This document shows positions 1-8,857 of a stretch of DNA of 43,096 bases, piece by piece. The notes beneath the pieces are model-generated. The model ran no database searches, was not told the DNA's origin, and saw only the letters and a program-made list of their open reading frames with translations. A program made the position numbers and the translations under genes. The stretch's first letter is position 1, and each line of letters starts with the position of its first letter. The stretch lies in sequence record SRR20825006_1115; one strand, 5' to 3'.

Positions 1-1
1 A

Positions 2-658
2 GATTTCCAGCTTGATCTGATCATTGGCGAGGGGCCAGCAGCCCGCTCGGTGCGGATCGACCTGCCACAGTTTACACTCGTTGGTGCGACCACCCGGTCA
101 GGTTTGATAACCAAACCGCTCAGAGACCGTTTTGGCATCCCCACGAGGCTTGATTTTTATACGACCGACGAACTCACTGAGGTGGTGCGGCGCGGTGCCC
201 GCCTTCTTGAGCTGAATATCAGCGAAGATGGCGCACGTGAAGTGGCGGCGCGGTCTCGTGGCACACCGCGGATCGCCGGGCGCTTGCTTCGCCGCGTGCG
301 GGACTTTGCTCTAGTTGCAGAACGTGACGTGGTTGACCGTGTGGCGGCAGACGCGGCGCTTAACCGGCTACAGGTTGATAATCTTGGCCTCGACAGCATG
401 GACCGGCGGTACCTGAAATGTATTGGCGTGACATACACAGGCGGGCCGGTTGGTGTTGAGACACTGGCCGCCGCACTGTCGGAACCACGTGACGCAATTG
501 AAGATATCATTGAGCCCTATTTGATGCAGATTGGTCTCGTTCAGCGCACGCCGCGCGGGCGTATGCTTTCACCGGATGGATGGAAGCACCTCGGCTTGAC
601 CCCGCCGCCTGTTTCTGGCGGCGCAGGCCAGCCTGATATGTTTGGAGGCGCAAAATGA
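2..658 (+). CDS. ruvB: Holliday junction branch-migration helicase RuvB (5'-truncated by the window edge)
   Basis: The frame is open from position 2 ([22 protein letters not shown]). It contains [34 protein letters not shown] and RTPRGR, all diagnostic RuvB motifs. The GTG at 50 in the ORF track is internal. Confidence 0.97.
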   Translation, partial: DFQLDLIIGEGPAARSVRIDLPQFTLVGATTRSGLITKPLRDRFGIPTRLDFYTTDELTEVVRRGARLLELNISEDGAREVAARSRGTPRIAGRLLRRVRDFALVAERDVVDRVAADAALNRLQVDNLGLDSMDRRYLKCIGVTYTGGPVGVETLAAALSEPRDAIEDIIEPYLMQIGLVQRTPRGRMLSPDGWKHLGLTPPPVSGGAGQPDMFGGAK

Positions 659-1128
659 CAGGCATAGTTGCTGAAGGTGAATGGCAAGACGGGGTTTTTC
701 ACTTTCCGATCCGTGTCTATTACGAAGATACCGACGTAGGCGGTATGGTTTACCATGGCCGCTATGTCAGCTTTTTTGAGAGGGTCCGGACGGAGAGCAT
801 CAGGAATACCGCAGCCGACGTGAATCACCTTTTTGACCTACCGGAAGCGGAGGGCGGGCCGCTTACTTACGTGGTCTCGAATATCAATATTAGGTATCAC
901 CGGCAGGCGAAGGTGGGTGATGTCCTTATCGGTCATTCCAAAGTGACTAAAGTTCGTGCGGCCGCGATCGAAGTACAGCAGTGGATTACCCGTGATGGCG
1001 AGATGGTTACGGAAGCAGAAGTGCTTGTGGCGGTGATTGGTACGGATGGCAGGCCAAAACGATGGCCTAATTCTGCCCGAATTTGTTGGCAGAAATGGAT
1101 GGATGAAGCGGCCGAGAGCCAGCGTTAA
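655..1128 (+). CDS. ybgC: Tol-Pal-associated acyl-CoA thioesterase YbgC
   Basis: [20 protein letters not shown] hotdog-fold thioesterase motif. Lies between ruvB and tolQ with an ATGA overlap. Confidence 0.92.
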   Translation: MTGIVAEGEWQDGVFHFPIRVYYEDTDVGGMVYHGRYVSFFERVRTESIRNTAADVNHLFDLPEAEGGPLTYVVSNINIRYHRQAKVGDVLIGHSKVTKVRAAAIEVQQWITRDGEMVTEAEVLVAVIGTDGRPKRWPNSARICWQKWMDEAAESQR

Positions 1129-1154
1129 GAATTTAGAGAGGCAGGGAGACAGGA

Positions 1155-1886
1155 ATGCAAGAACAAATCGTGCAAGGGGTGGAAGCAGTTCAACTGGGAG
1201 GCAATGCGCCTGATTTTTCCATCATGGGCATGTTTTTGCAGGCAGATTTCATAGTGCAAGCGGTGATGATCATGCTTCTGACAGCAAGCCTTTGGTCATG
1301 GTCAATCATCTTCAATACCTGGACCCGCCTCAAGGAAGCGCGCGGACAGGCCAACGATTTCGAAGATACCTTCTGGTCTGGCCAGTCCCTTGACGAATTA
1401 TATGCGGCCCTCAAAAGCGCACCCAATCACCCGCTTGCGGCGGTGTTCGTGGCCGCGATGCGTGAATGGCAACGCAGTTTGGGTACCCGCGGGTCGGGGC
1501 TTGATAAAGTAACGGTGCAAGACCGGATTTATAAGGCCATGCATGTCACCACGTCCCGCGAGATGGATAGGCTTGAGGGTCAAGTCGGCTATCTGGCCAC
1601 TATTGGCTCTGCCGCGCCCTTTGTTGGCCTTTTTGGTACAGTGTGGGGGATCATGAACAGCTTTACATCCATCGCGGTAGCATCAGACACCTCGCTCGCG
1701 ACTGTAGCACCGGGTATTGCTGAAGCCCTTCTCGCCACAGCGCTGGGCCTCGTAGCAGCTATCCCCGCGGTTATTGGCTACAACAAACTTTCGACCGACC
1801 TCGGGCGTTATGCCGGGCGTGTTGAAGGGTTTTCGGATGAGTTTGCGGCCATTCTGTCACGCCAACTGGACGAAAGGGCACACTAA
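1155..1886 (+). CDS. tolQ: TolQ (MotA/TolQ/ExbB proton channel)
   Basis: LATIGSAAPFVGLFGTVWGIMNSF and VAPGIAEALLATALGL motifs; GGAG RBS; tol operon position. Confidence 0.96.
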   Translation: MQEQIVQGVEAVQLGGNAPDFSIMGMFLQADFIVQAVMIMLLTASLWSWSIIFNTWTRLKEARGQANDFEDTFWSGQSLDELYAALKSAPNHPLAAVFVAAMREWQRSLGTRGSGLDKVTVQDRIYKAMHVTTSREMDRLEGQVGYLATIGSAAPFVGLFGTVWGIMNSFTSIAVASDTSLATVAPGIAEALLATALGLVAAIPAVIGYNKLSTDLGRYAGRVEGFSDEFAAILSRQLDERAH

Positions 1887-2326
1887 TGGGGGCGACAGTT
1901 ACATCTGGCGGTCGCCCGGACGGGGCCCGCAGGCGCAGAGGGCGGTATCAGCCGCTTGCTGAAATCAACGTCACCCCATTTGTGGATGTGATGCTGGTGC
2001 TTCTCATCGTTTTCATGGTGACAGCACCGCTTCTTACCGCTGGCGTGCCAGTAGACCTGCCAAAGGCTGCGGCCAAACCGCTGCCGCAGGATGCCAAACC
2101 GCTGGAGATATCCATCAACCATGAAGGTGCCATATTTCTTGTCGACACTGAGGTCTCGTTTGAAGAGCTTGTGCCGCGCCTTTCAGCCATTTCGGGTGCG
2201 AGCCGAGACACGCGGATTTATATCCGGGGTGACACAAAGCTGGATTATGGCCGGGTCATGGCGGTGATCGGCGCGATTAACGCAGCGGGCTATACCAAAG
2301 TGGCCCTTATAGCGGACCAGAACTGA
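1886..2326 (+). CDS. tolR: TolR
   Basis: AEINVTPFVDVMLVLLIVFMVTAP, VDLP and IRGD motifs; TAATG overlap with tolQ. Confidence 0.96.
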   Translation: MGATVTSGGRPDGARRRRGRYQPLAEINVTPFVDVMLVLLIVFMVTAPLLTAGVPVDLPKAAAKPLPQDAKPLEISINHEGAIFLVDTEVSFEELVPRLSAISGASRDTRIYIRGDTKLDYGRVMAVIGAINAAGYTKVALIADQN

Positions 2327-2339
2327 GACCGAGTGCAGG

Positions 2340-3221
2340 ATGATTAACAACGAACGCATTGGTTGGATACTGTCCGCGACCCTTCATATAGGGGTGGCTG
2401 TTGTTGCGCTTGTTGGCTTGCCTGATTTCTCAAAGGATCGCGAGCCACCCCCACCGCCGATCTCGATCGATTTTGTGAAGATTTCCGAGAAAAACCAGGT
2501 AGTTGCACCTGAGCCTGAGGCAGAAGAGATCAAGGAAGAGCCGGTTGAGCAGGAGCCTGAGCCCGAATACGCTCCGGAAGAGGTTGTGGAGGCAGCGCCA
2601 GCAGAAGCTGTTCCGATGCCGGAAGCAAAGCCAGAGGTGAAGCCGACCCCTCCCAAGCCCACTCCCAAGCCAGAGGTGACAGAGCGCATGGATTTGCGGT
2701 CCAACGTCACGCCTAACGCTAAGCCCAAGCCTCCGTCACGCTTGAAGGTTGACAGGCTGAAGGCGCTAATTGACCGCTCGATCAAAGAAGACAATAAACC
2801 GACACCTGTTCCAGAAGCGAAAACGGAAGAAAAGAAAGCAGCGCCCAAGAAGGAAGAGCCGAAAACCGATATGTTTGCGGGTATCCGCGGACGAGTAGCG
2901 ACCGCTACTTTGATGCAGGCTTTGCAGCAGAAGGTCTATAGCTGTTGGAATATCCCGGCGGGCGCCAAAGGCGTGAAAGACATGCAGGTGAACGTCAGCG
3001 TTTGGCTTTCAAGTGATGGCACCATGATCGGGCGACCGGAGTTTGTAAATGCAGGCGACCTGAACGACCCGGACCGGGCTTTCTTCCGTGTGTTTGCAGA
3101 GAGTGCGCTGCGTGCGGTACAACTGTGTGCCCCGTTTCCTGAGGCGAGTGATTATGTCCGCGAAACCGGGCAGAACCAGATAATTTTCAATTTCAATCCA
3201 AAAGCATTTTTGGGTGGATAA
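2340..3221 (+). CDS. tolA: TolA-like energy transducer
   Basis: N-terminal TM helix with SxxLH, Pro/Glu/Lys-rich linker, C-terminal CWNIP...SALRAV..CAPF domain; between tolR and tolB. Confidence 0.88.
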   Translation: MINNERIGWILSATLHIGVAVVALVGLPDFSKDREPPPPPISIDFVKISEKNQVVAPEPEAEEIKEEPVEQEPEPEYAPEEVVEAAPAEAVPMPEAKPEVKPTPPKPTPKPEVTERMDLRSNVTPNAKPKPPSRLKVDRLKALIDRSIKEDNKPTPVPEAKTEEKKAAPKKEEPKTDMFAGIRGRVATATLMQALQQKVYSCWNIPAGAKGVKDMQVNVSVWLSSDGTMIGRPEFVNAGDLNDPDRAFFRVFAESALRAVQLCAPFPEASDYVRETGQNQIIFNFNPKAFLGG

Positions 3222-3233
3222 AGAGGGATTGGC

Positions 3234-4589
3234 ATGTTGATTGGTCGAATTTGTGCAGTGGTTTTACTGTTGGTTGGGGGCATTACTGGTGCCGCAAACG
3301 CACAGCTCACTGTAGATATCACCCGTGGTACGGTAGACCCGGTGCCAATTGCGGTGCCTGAATTCGCGCCCGTTGAAGACCTGGAAACCCCAACCGGTAA
3401 GTTGTCGGATATTGGGGCGAGTATTAGCCAGGTTATTACCTCGAACCTTATCTCTACCGGGCTTTTTCGCTCGATCGACCAAAATGCCTTTATTGAGAAG
3501 ATTACTGCGGCACCGTCTCGCCCACGGTTTGGCGCATGGCGACCTCTGGGTGTGCAAGCGCTGGTAACAGGGCGTCTGCAAATGCTGCCCAACGGCAATT
3601 TGCGTGTTGAGTTTCGCCTGTGGGACGTGGTTGCAGAAGCACAGATGGAAGGTGTTGGATATACCACACCGGTTTCCAACTGGCGCCGCACAGCGCATGT
3701 AATCTCTGACCGTATCTATAGCCGTCTTACCGGTGAAGAAGGCTATTTCGATACGCGTATCGTGTATATCGCAGAGCAGGGCGACCCGCTTAACCGCAAA
3801 AAGCGCCTGGCCATCATGGATCAGGACGGCGCAAACCAACAGTTCCTGACCGACGGTAGCTATCTGGTGTTAACGCCGCGTTTCTCGCCCAACAGGCAGG
3901 AAATTACGTTCCTGAGCTATTATAATAATCGCCCTCGGGTGTATCTCTTCAATATCCTGTCCAACAAATTTGAAGTGCTGGGGGATTTCCCGAGCATGAC
4001 CTTCTCTCCGCGTTTCTCGCCAGACGGCGATAACGTTGTAATGAGTCTGGCTGAGAACGGGAATTCAGACGTCTATGTCATGGACCTTCGAACAAGGCGT
4101 GAGGTCCGGCTGACCAATGACCCGGGCATCGACACGTCGCCGAGCTATTCACCTGACGGCAGAAGGATTGTCTTCAATTCTGACCGCGGCGGAAGCCAGC
4201 AGCTCTATGTGATGGATGCAGATGGTGACAACGTACACCGTATCAGCTTCGGCAAAGGGCGATATGCAACACCGGTTTGGTCTCCTCGTGGTGATTTGAT
4301 TGCATTCACCAAAATTGGTGACGGCAAGTTTCGCATTGGCGTGATGCGGCCTGACGGCTCCGGTGAGCGTTTGCTGACGGACGCCTACCAGGATGAAGGC
4401 CCAACTTGGTCTCCTAATGGCCGTGTGTTGATGTTCTTCCGTACACCGCCATACGGTAACGGTGGCACGGGCGGGAAACCAAGCCTGTGGTCGGTGGATC
4501 TGACCGGGTATAACGAACGACAGGTGCCGACACCATTTGATGCCAGTGACCCAGCGTGGTCACCACCACTGCCTGTTACAAACCGCTGA
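3234..4589 (+). CDS. tolB: Tol-Pal beta-propeller protein TolB
   Basis: Signal peptide, [22 protein letters not shown], and repeated P.(F/W)SPDG PD40 motifs. Confidence 0.97.
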   Translation: MLIGRICAVVLLLVGGITGAANAQLTVDITRGTVDPVPIAVPEFAPVEDLETPTGKLSDIGASISQVITSNLISTGLFRSIDQNAFIEKITAAPSRPRFGAWRPLGVQALVTGRLQMLPNGNLRVEFRLWDVVAEAQMEGVGYTTPVSNWRRTAHVISDRIYSRLTGEEGYFDTRIVYIAEQGDPLNRKKRLAIMDQDGANQQFLTDGSYLVLTPRFSPNRQEITFLSYYNNRPRVYLFNILSNKFEVLGDFPSMTFSPRFSPDGDNVVMSLAENGNSDVYVMDLRTRREVRLTNDPGIDTSPSYSPDGRRIVFNSDRGGSQQLYVMDADGDNVHRISFGKGRYATPVWSPRGDLIAFTKIGDGKFRIGVMRPDGSGERLLTDAYQDEGPTWSPNGRVLMFFRTPPYGNGGTGGKPSLWSVDLTGYNERQVPTPFDASDPAWSPPLPVTNR

Positions 4590-4591
4590 CC

Positions 4592-4945
4592 ATGCAATAC
4601 GAGGCGATCAGCCCTCTTGATAAGGCCGAAGCCGGAGAGAAGCTGCTCTCCGGCGACACCGAGGCTATTGTTTACGGCCTTCTGGGTGCAGTCGAAGGGG
4701 TTGATGATTGGCGCTGGGTGCAGGACCAATGCCTCAGGTTTGTAGCTGATCCGCGAGAGGATGTTGCGCGTGTAGCCATTATTTGCCTTGGGCATCTCGC
4801 GCGTATTTGGGGCGAGCTTGATCAAAAACGCGTCAGGGAAAGCCTGAAGGGCGTGAAGGCTAGTGCGTCCCCCCGTATTCTGGGGGCGATAGAAGACGCA
4901 CTTGGAGACATCAAAATGTTTCTGAAAAAGACGCCTACGAAGTGA
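4592..4945 (+). CDS. Small alpha-helical (HEAT-like) hypothetical protein resembling polymorphic-toxin immunity proteins
   Basis: ATG at 4592, two bases after the tolB stop, gives 117 aa. DWRWVQDQCL...AIICLGHLARI...DALGDI..F pattern. The immunity assignment rests on recalled similarity only. Confidence 0.6.
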   Translation: MQYEAISPLDKAEAGEKLLSGDTEAIVYGLLGAVEGVDDWRWVQDQCLRFVADPREDVARVAIICLGHLARIWGELDQKRVRESLKGVKASASPRILGAIEDALGDIKMFLKKTPTK

Positions 4946-6395
4946 ACTCATACTCTGAGGGGTCTGCACACTTCATTTCGCGCATGTAGCGCCGCGTACC
5001 CCATGGCCAGAGCGTATAGATGCGGCCATCGTCGCCTTGATACCAGCTTTTGCAGTGACCCGCCCAAACAGTGCCTTCTAGGTCGTGTTGCAGTTGCTCA
5101 TCAAAAGCATCGGCAGCATTTTCTTTTGCTTCCACCGTTTTTGCACCGATTCCCAGCGTGTGTTGGATAGCGCTCAGAATATAGGAAACCTGCGCCTCTA
5201 TCATCAGGATCACGCTATTATGCCCAAGGCCGCTGTTGGGCCCTAAAAGCATAAACTGGTTCGGAAAACCAGGCATGGCAACGGTTCTGTGTGCCCGTAT
5301 CCCGCGGGAGAGATACTGGTTCATGGTTAAGCCGCCGCGACCAATAATTTCCACACCTTCCATCTGATCCCATGGTTTGAAGCCCGTTGCGTAGATGATG
5401 GTATCCACTGGTCGTCGAACCTCATCTGTGGTGACTATGCTGTCCCCTTCAATGCGGTCTATGGGGTCGGTTATCAATGTGGCTCGGTCGCATTGAAGCG
5501 CGGGAAAATAACTATCTGACGCCAAAATTCGCTTACATCCGATTGGGTAGTCAGGCATCAGTTGGTCCCGAAGGGCCGGATCAGCAACCTGAGCCTCAAG
5601 ATGTTTGATAAACATCTTGGTTGCACGTTTTGAAAAGAAGCGATCACGTCTGAACAAAGGGAAGCGCATTTCAAACAAAAGATAGATTTGCAAGCGATGC
5701 AGCTTTTCCAGCAACGGCAAGCGAGTGAACAGTTTTTTTGTACGCTCGGAATATTCCATAAACGGACGCGGCATGATCCAGTTTGGTGTGCGCTGGTAGA
5801 TATCCAGATGCGACACTTTATCGATGATTTCAGGAATAAGCTGAATGGCACTGGCTGCAGTGCCAATAACCGCTACACGCTTGCCTGTCAGGTCGTGGTT
5901 ATGGTTCCATTCCGCCGTGTGATAGCTGGTGCCGGCATAGTTTTCCATGCCCGGAATATCAGGGAAACGCGGGATATGAAGCCCACCCATACCGTTGATC
6001 AGAAAGTCAGCCTGCGCCCTGCTGCCATCGCTGAACGTGAGTTGCCAACCTTCGCCTTGCCATTCGGCCTTTTTCAACTCCGACCCGAAACGGATGTTTG
6101 GGAGGAGGTCGTGTTTGGCTGTGATCTCTTCAATGTATTCCTGAATCTCATCACCGGGTGAGAAAACCTTGCTCCAGTCCGCTTTTGGTTCAAACGAGAA
6201 GCTATAAAGGTGGCTGGGTACGTCGCAGGCAACACCGGGATAGGTATTTTCACGCCAGGTACCGCCAACACGGTCCGCTTTCTCATAGAGCATGAAGTTG
6301 CCAAGTCCGGCTTTGCGAAGCTGGATCGCCATACACAAGCCAGATAACCCTGCACCAATAATTGCGATTGTTGGAACCTTCTGCCTATGCAGCAT
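4935..6395 (-). CDS. FAD/NADPH-dependent flavin monooxygenase (Baeyer-Villiger/CzcO-like)
   Basis: GAGLSG Rossmann motif, GGTW..N.YPG..CD.P, BVMO-like fingerprint YAGTSYHTAEW, second site GTAASA, GCKR, ATGF. Start placed at the MLHRQK ATG, after a GGGAAAGG RBS. Confidence 0.9.
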   Translation of the reverse strand: MLHRQKVPTIAIIGAGLSGLCMAIQLRKAGLGNFMLYEKADRVGGTWRENTYPGVACDVPSHLYSFSFEPKADWSKVFSPGDEIQEYIEEITAKHDLLPNIRFGSELKKAEWQGEGWQLTFSDGSRAQADFLINGMGGLHIPRFPDIPGMENYAGTSYHTAEWNHNHDLTGKRVAVIGTAASAIQLIPEIIDKVSHLDIYQRTPNWIMPRPFMEYSERTKKLFTRLPLLEKLHRLQIYLLFEMRFPLFRRDRFFSKRATKMFIKHLEAQVADPALRDQLMPDYPIGCKRILASDSYFPALQCDRATLITDPIDRIEGDSIVTTDEVRRPVDTIIYATGFKPWDQMEGVEIIGRGGLTMNQYLSRGIRAHRTVAMPGFPNQFMLLGPNSGLGHNSVILMIEAQVSYILSAIQHTLGIGAKTVEAKENAADAFDEQLQHDLEGTVWAGHCKSWYQGDDGRIYTLWPWGTRRYMREMKCADPSEYEFTS

Positions 6396-6500
6396 GGACG
6401 TGCCTTTCCCGAGAGACTTGAAGGCATTTTTAATTGAACACATTAAAATGTAAATAGATATCGCTACTGTGGCGCGGTCTGTCTAACGCAGAAGCCGTTG

Positions 6501-7073
6501 TTAGGAAGCGAATGGCAACGGGTTCACGCCAATCAGCCATTCGTGGATGAAAAGGAAACCGGTATAGAGCGCCGCGCCAATAAAGACTGTCACGATATCT
6601 TTAACGAAGGATTGTTTTGGTGGTTTGACCCAGTCGCCGTCGCGGCGGTTCGCGCCGACCATGGCCAGGATTGTCCACACAAGGAATGTGCCAAACAATA
6701 GCACAGACCGTTGCTCTCCATTTGCGAGCAGGTGCCCGATCGCCCAAAGAAGCACGCCTGTTAGCTGCGGGTGCCGAACAAGGCGGCGAATGTTGCTGGG
6801 GGCGCGGCTTGAAAAAAATAGAATGAAACCAAAAAGTACCAGAAGTGGCGTGACGTGAAATGCCCATTGCGGCGGCGCATAGAGGATGGTGGGCTCCGTC
6901 ATAGTCCAACCGAAATATACCAAGGCGAGCGACCCAATAATGACGAGCGAAAAAAGTCCCCGGTAGGCATTTTTTCCCAAACGGGCCATGAGGCTCGCCC
7001 GTGTCATCAAGCCGAACACAGGTAGAAGGTGGACCGCAACAAATACCAAAAGTCCTGCGAGCAGTATTATCAT
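6501..7073 (-). CDS. NnrU family membrane protein
   Basis: GL.VF..VH, RHPQL.GV.LWA..HLLANG and several TM segments. Confidence 0.85.
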   Translation of the reverse strand: MIILLAGLLVFVAVHLLPVFGLMTRASLMARLGKNAYRGLFSLVIIGSLALVYFGWTMTEPTILYAPPQWAFHVTPLLVLFGFILFFSSRAPSNIRRLVRHPQLTGVLLWAIGHLLANGEQRSVLLFGTFLVWTILAMVGANRRDGDWVKPPKQSFVKDIVTVFIGAALYTGFLFIHEWLIGVNPLPFAS

Positions 7074-7132
7074 CGAAACCTCCCCGGTTAATTCCGGGCT
7101 AGGGTACCGTGAAAGCAGGGATCACAAAACAA

Positions 7133-7945
7133 TTAAGTTAATGAAGGCACACTGAAATTTGTATCGGCGCGGCATAGGAACCACGGATTGAGGAAGGTTT
7201 TCAGGTCTTTTGCATAAGTAAGGGGGCTGCCGTCGGCCACCTCTACATGCCCACCTGCGGCGAGGAGCACGGCGTGGGCTGCGGCGGTGTCCCACTCACA
7301 GGTTGGTCCCAGGCGCGGATAGAGATCGGCCTCGCCCGTTGCCAGGAGACACAATTTGAGGCTCGAGCCTATAGACACATGTTCAGCGCTAGGGAAATGT
7401 GCAAGCCAGGCTTCCAGCTCAGCCGAGCGGTGCGATTTGGAGGCAACAATCACAAGGTTTTCAGGATCTGCTATCCGAGCCTTGATAGGTGCTTGGTTAA
7501 CGAGCTCTCCGCTTCGTACATTGGCTGTCCACGCCCCTATGCCTTTGATGCCCCAATACATTTTGTCCATAGCTGGGGCAAAAACAAAGCCCATAATGGG
7601 TACGCCGTTCTCAATCAGGCCGATGTTTACAGTGAAATCAGAGCCCTTTTTGATGAACTCTTTGGTGCCGTCAAGAGGGTCAACGAGCCAGAAGGTACCG
7701 CCGGAGATGTCCGGGCATTTGCCTTCTGATTTGGCCTCTTCACCCACAATTGGAATATCGGGAGCGATAAGCTTGAGGGCAGCTTCAATAATAGCTTCGC
7801 CGCGCCTGTCAGCTTCCGTTACCGGGGACTGATCCGCCTTGCCAAAAACCTCAAAGTCGCTGTGATAAACTTCCATCACAACATCACCAGCCTCGATCAT
7901 GGTCTCAAGAATAGGAGTGACAAGCGCTTCGAGCTTCAATGACAT
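7133..7945 (-). CDS. cysQ: 3'(2'),5'-bisphosphate nucleotidase CysQ
   Basis: K.DQSPVTEAD, WLVDPLDGTKEFI, FTVNIGL, GSSLK.C, YPRLGPT.EWDTAA. Start taken at ATG 7945; GTG 7957 is an alternative. Confidence 0.95.
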   Translation of the reverse strand: MSLKLEALVTPILETMIEAGDVVMEVYHSDFEVFGKADQSPVTEADRRGEAIIEAALKLIAPDIPIVGEEAKSEGKCPDISGGTFWLVDPLDGTKEFIKKGSDFTVNIGLIENGVPIMGFVFAPAMDKMYWGIKGIGAWTANVRSGELVNQAPIKARIADPENLVIVASKSHRSAELEAWLAHFPSAEHVSIGSSLKLCLLATGEADLYPRLGPTCEWDTAAAHAVLLAAGGHVEVADGSPLTYAKDLKTFLNPWFLCRADTNFSVPSLT

Positions 7946-8090
7946 GAAAAACCTCACGAATTTTTACAAATATTGTTTCCGTTCTTGGCGTCTCCGCCTG
8001 TGTTGGGTATGGTTCTGACACGATAGCTGAAAATGGCAAGATTTAATTGCCAAAATTGGCTGTTTCGTTGGGAAAAAGGGGAAGCCTCAT

Positions 8091-8723
8091 ATGTCAAAAC
8101 TCGATTTTGCCGCGCTTTTATGTTCGCGGCTTTGCCATGATCTGGTGAGCCCCGTGGGCGCCATCAACAATGGCCTCGAAATTTTGGCTGACGAAACAGA
8201 TGTGTCCATGCGGGATGCTGTACTTGACCTTATCGAAAAGTCTACCCGTCAAACCAGTCACAAACTACAGTTCTTCAGGCTTGCATTTGGCGCTGCGGGC
8301 GGTTTTTCTGCGCAACTTGACGTGCGGGAATGTGAGAAGGCCATGCGCGCGTTCCTCGATGGTAGCCGTGTGACCCTTGAGTGGGACGTAGCACCTGAAA
8401 GTGCCAACAAGGCTCAAGTGAAGATTTTGCTCAATCTTGGCCTTGTGGTCTCGGAAGCAATGATCCGCGGTGGCACAGTGTTGATGCGGATGCGGAACGA
8501 GGAAGGCCAGACGGTGATCTCCATTCGCGGCGAAGGTGCACGTGTTATCGTGCAAAACGAAGTGAAGTTGGCGCTCGCGGGTACGCTGAGTGAGGATGAC
8601 CTGGAGCCCCGCGCGGCACCTGCATACCTTGCGCAAGCCGTTGCGGCTGAAATCGGAGGTAAAATAAACCAGGTTGAGGTTAGCGACACGCTTGCACACA
8701 TCGAAGCAATATTGCCGAACTGA
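8091..8723 (+). CDS. chpT: Histidine phosphotransferase ChpT (CckA-ChpT-CtrA relay)
   Basis: LLCSRLCHDLVSPVGAINNGLE and LQFFRLAFGAAG, with a degenerate CA domain; near ctrA and upstream of cheA. Confidence 0.93.
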   Translation: MSKLDFAALLCSRLCHDLVSPVGAINNGLEILADETDVSMRDAVLDLIEKSTRQTSHKLQFFRLAFGAAGGFSAQLDVRECEKAMRAFLDGSRVTLEWDVAPESANKAQVKILLNLGLVVSEAMIRGGTVLMRMRNEEGQTVISIRGEGARVIVQNEVKLALAGTLSEDDLEPRAAPAYLAQAVAAEIGGKINQVEVSDTLAHIEAILPN

Positions 8724-8752
8724 GCGATGCTTTCATAAGATATGTGCATAGC

Positions 8753-8768
8753 TTTACACGTTTTTAAC
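8753..8768 (+). promoter_or_regulatory. Probable CtrA-binding site upstream of cheA
   Basis: TTTA-CACGTTT-TTAAC, one mismatch to TTAA-N7-TTAAC, about 90 nt upstream of the cheA ATG. Confidence 0.55.
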
Positions 8769-8857
8769 TCTTTTTGGCCAAGGTGCAAGTTGCGATCTGT
8801 TTCTTATCGGGGCACACTCCCATTATATGCTGACCCTATCCGCCGGGATGATTGAAT

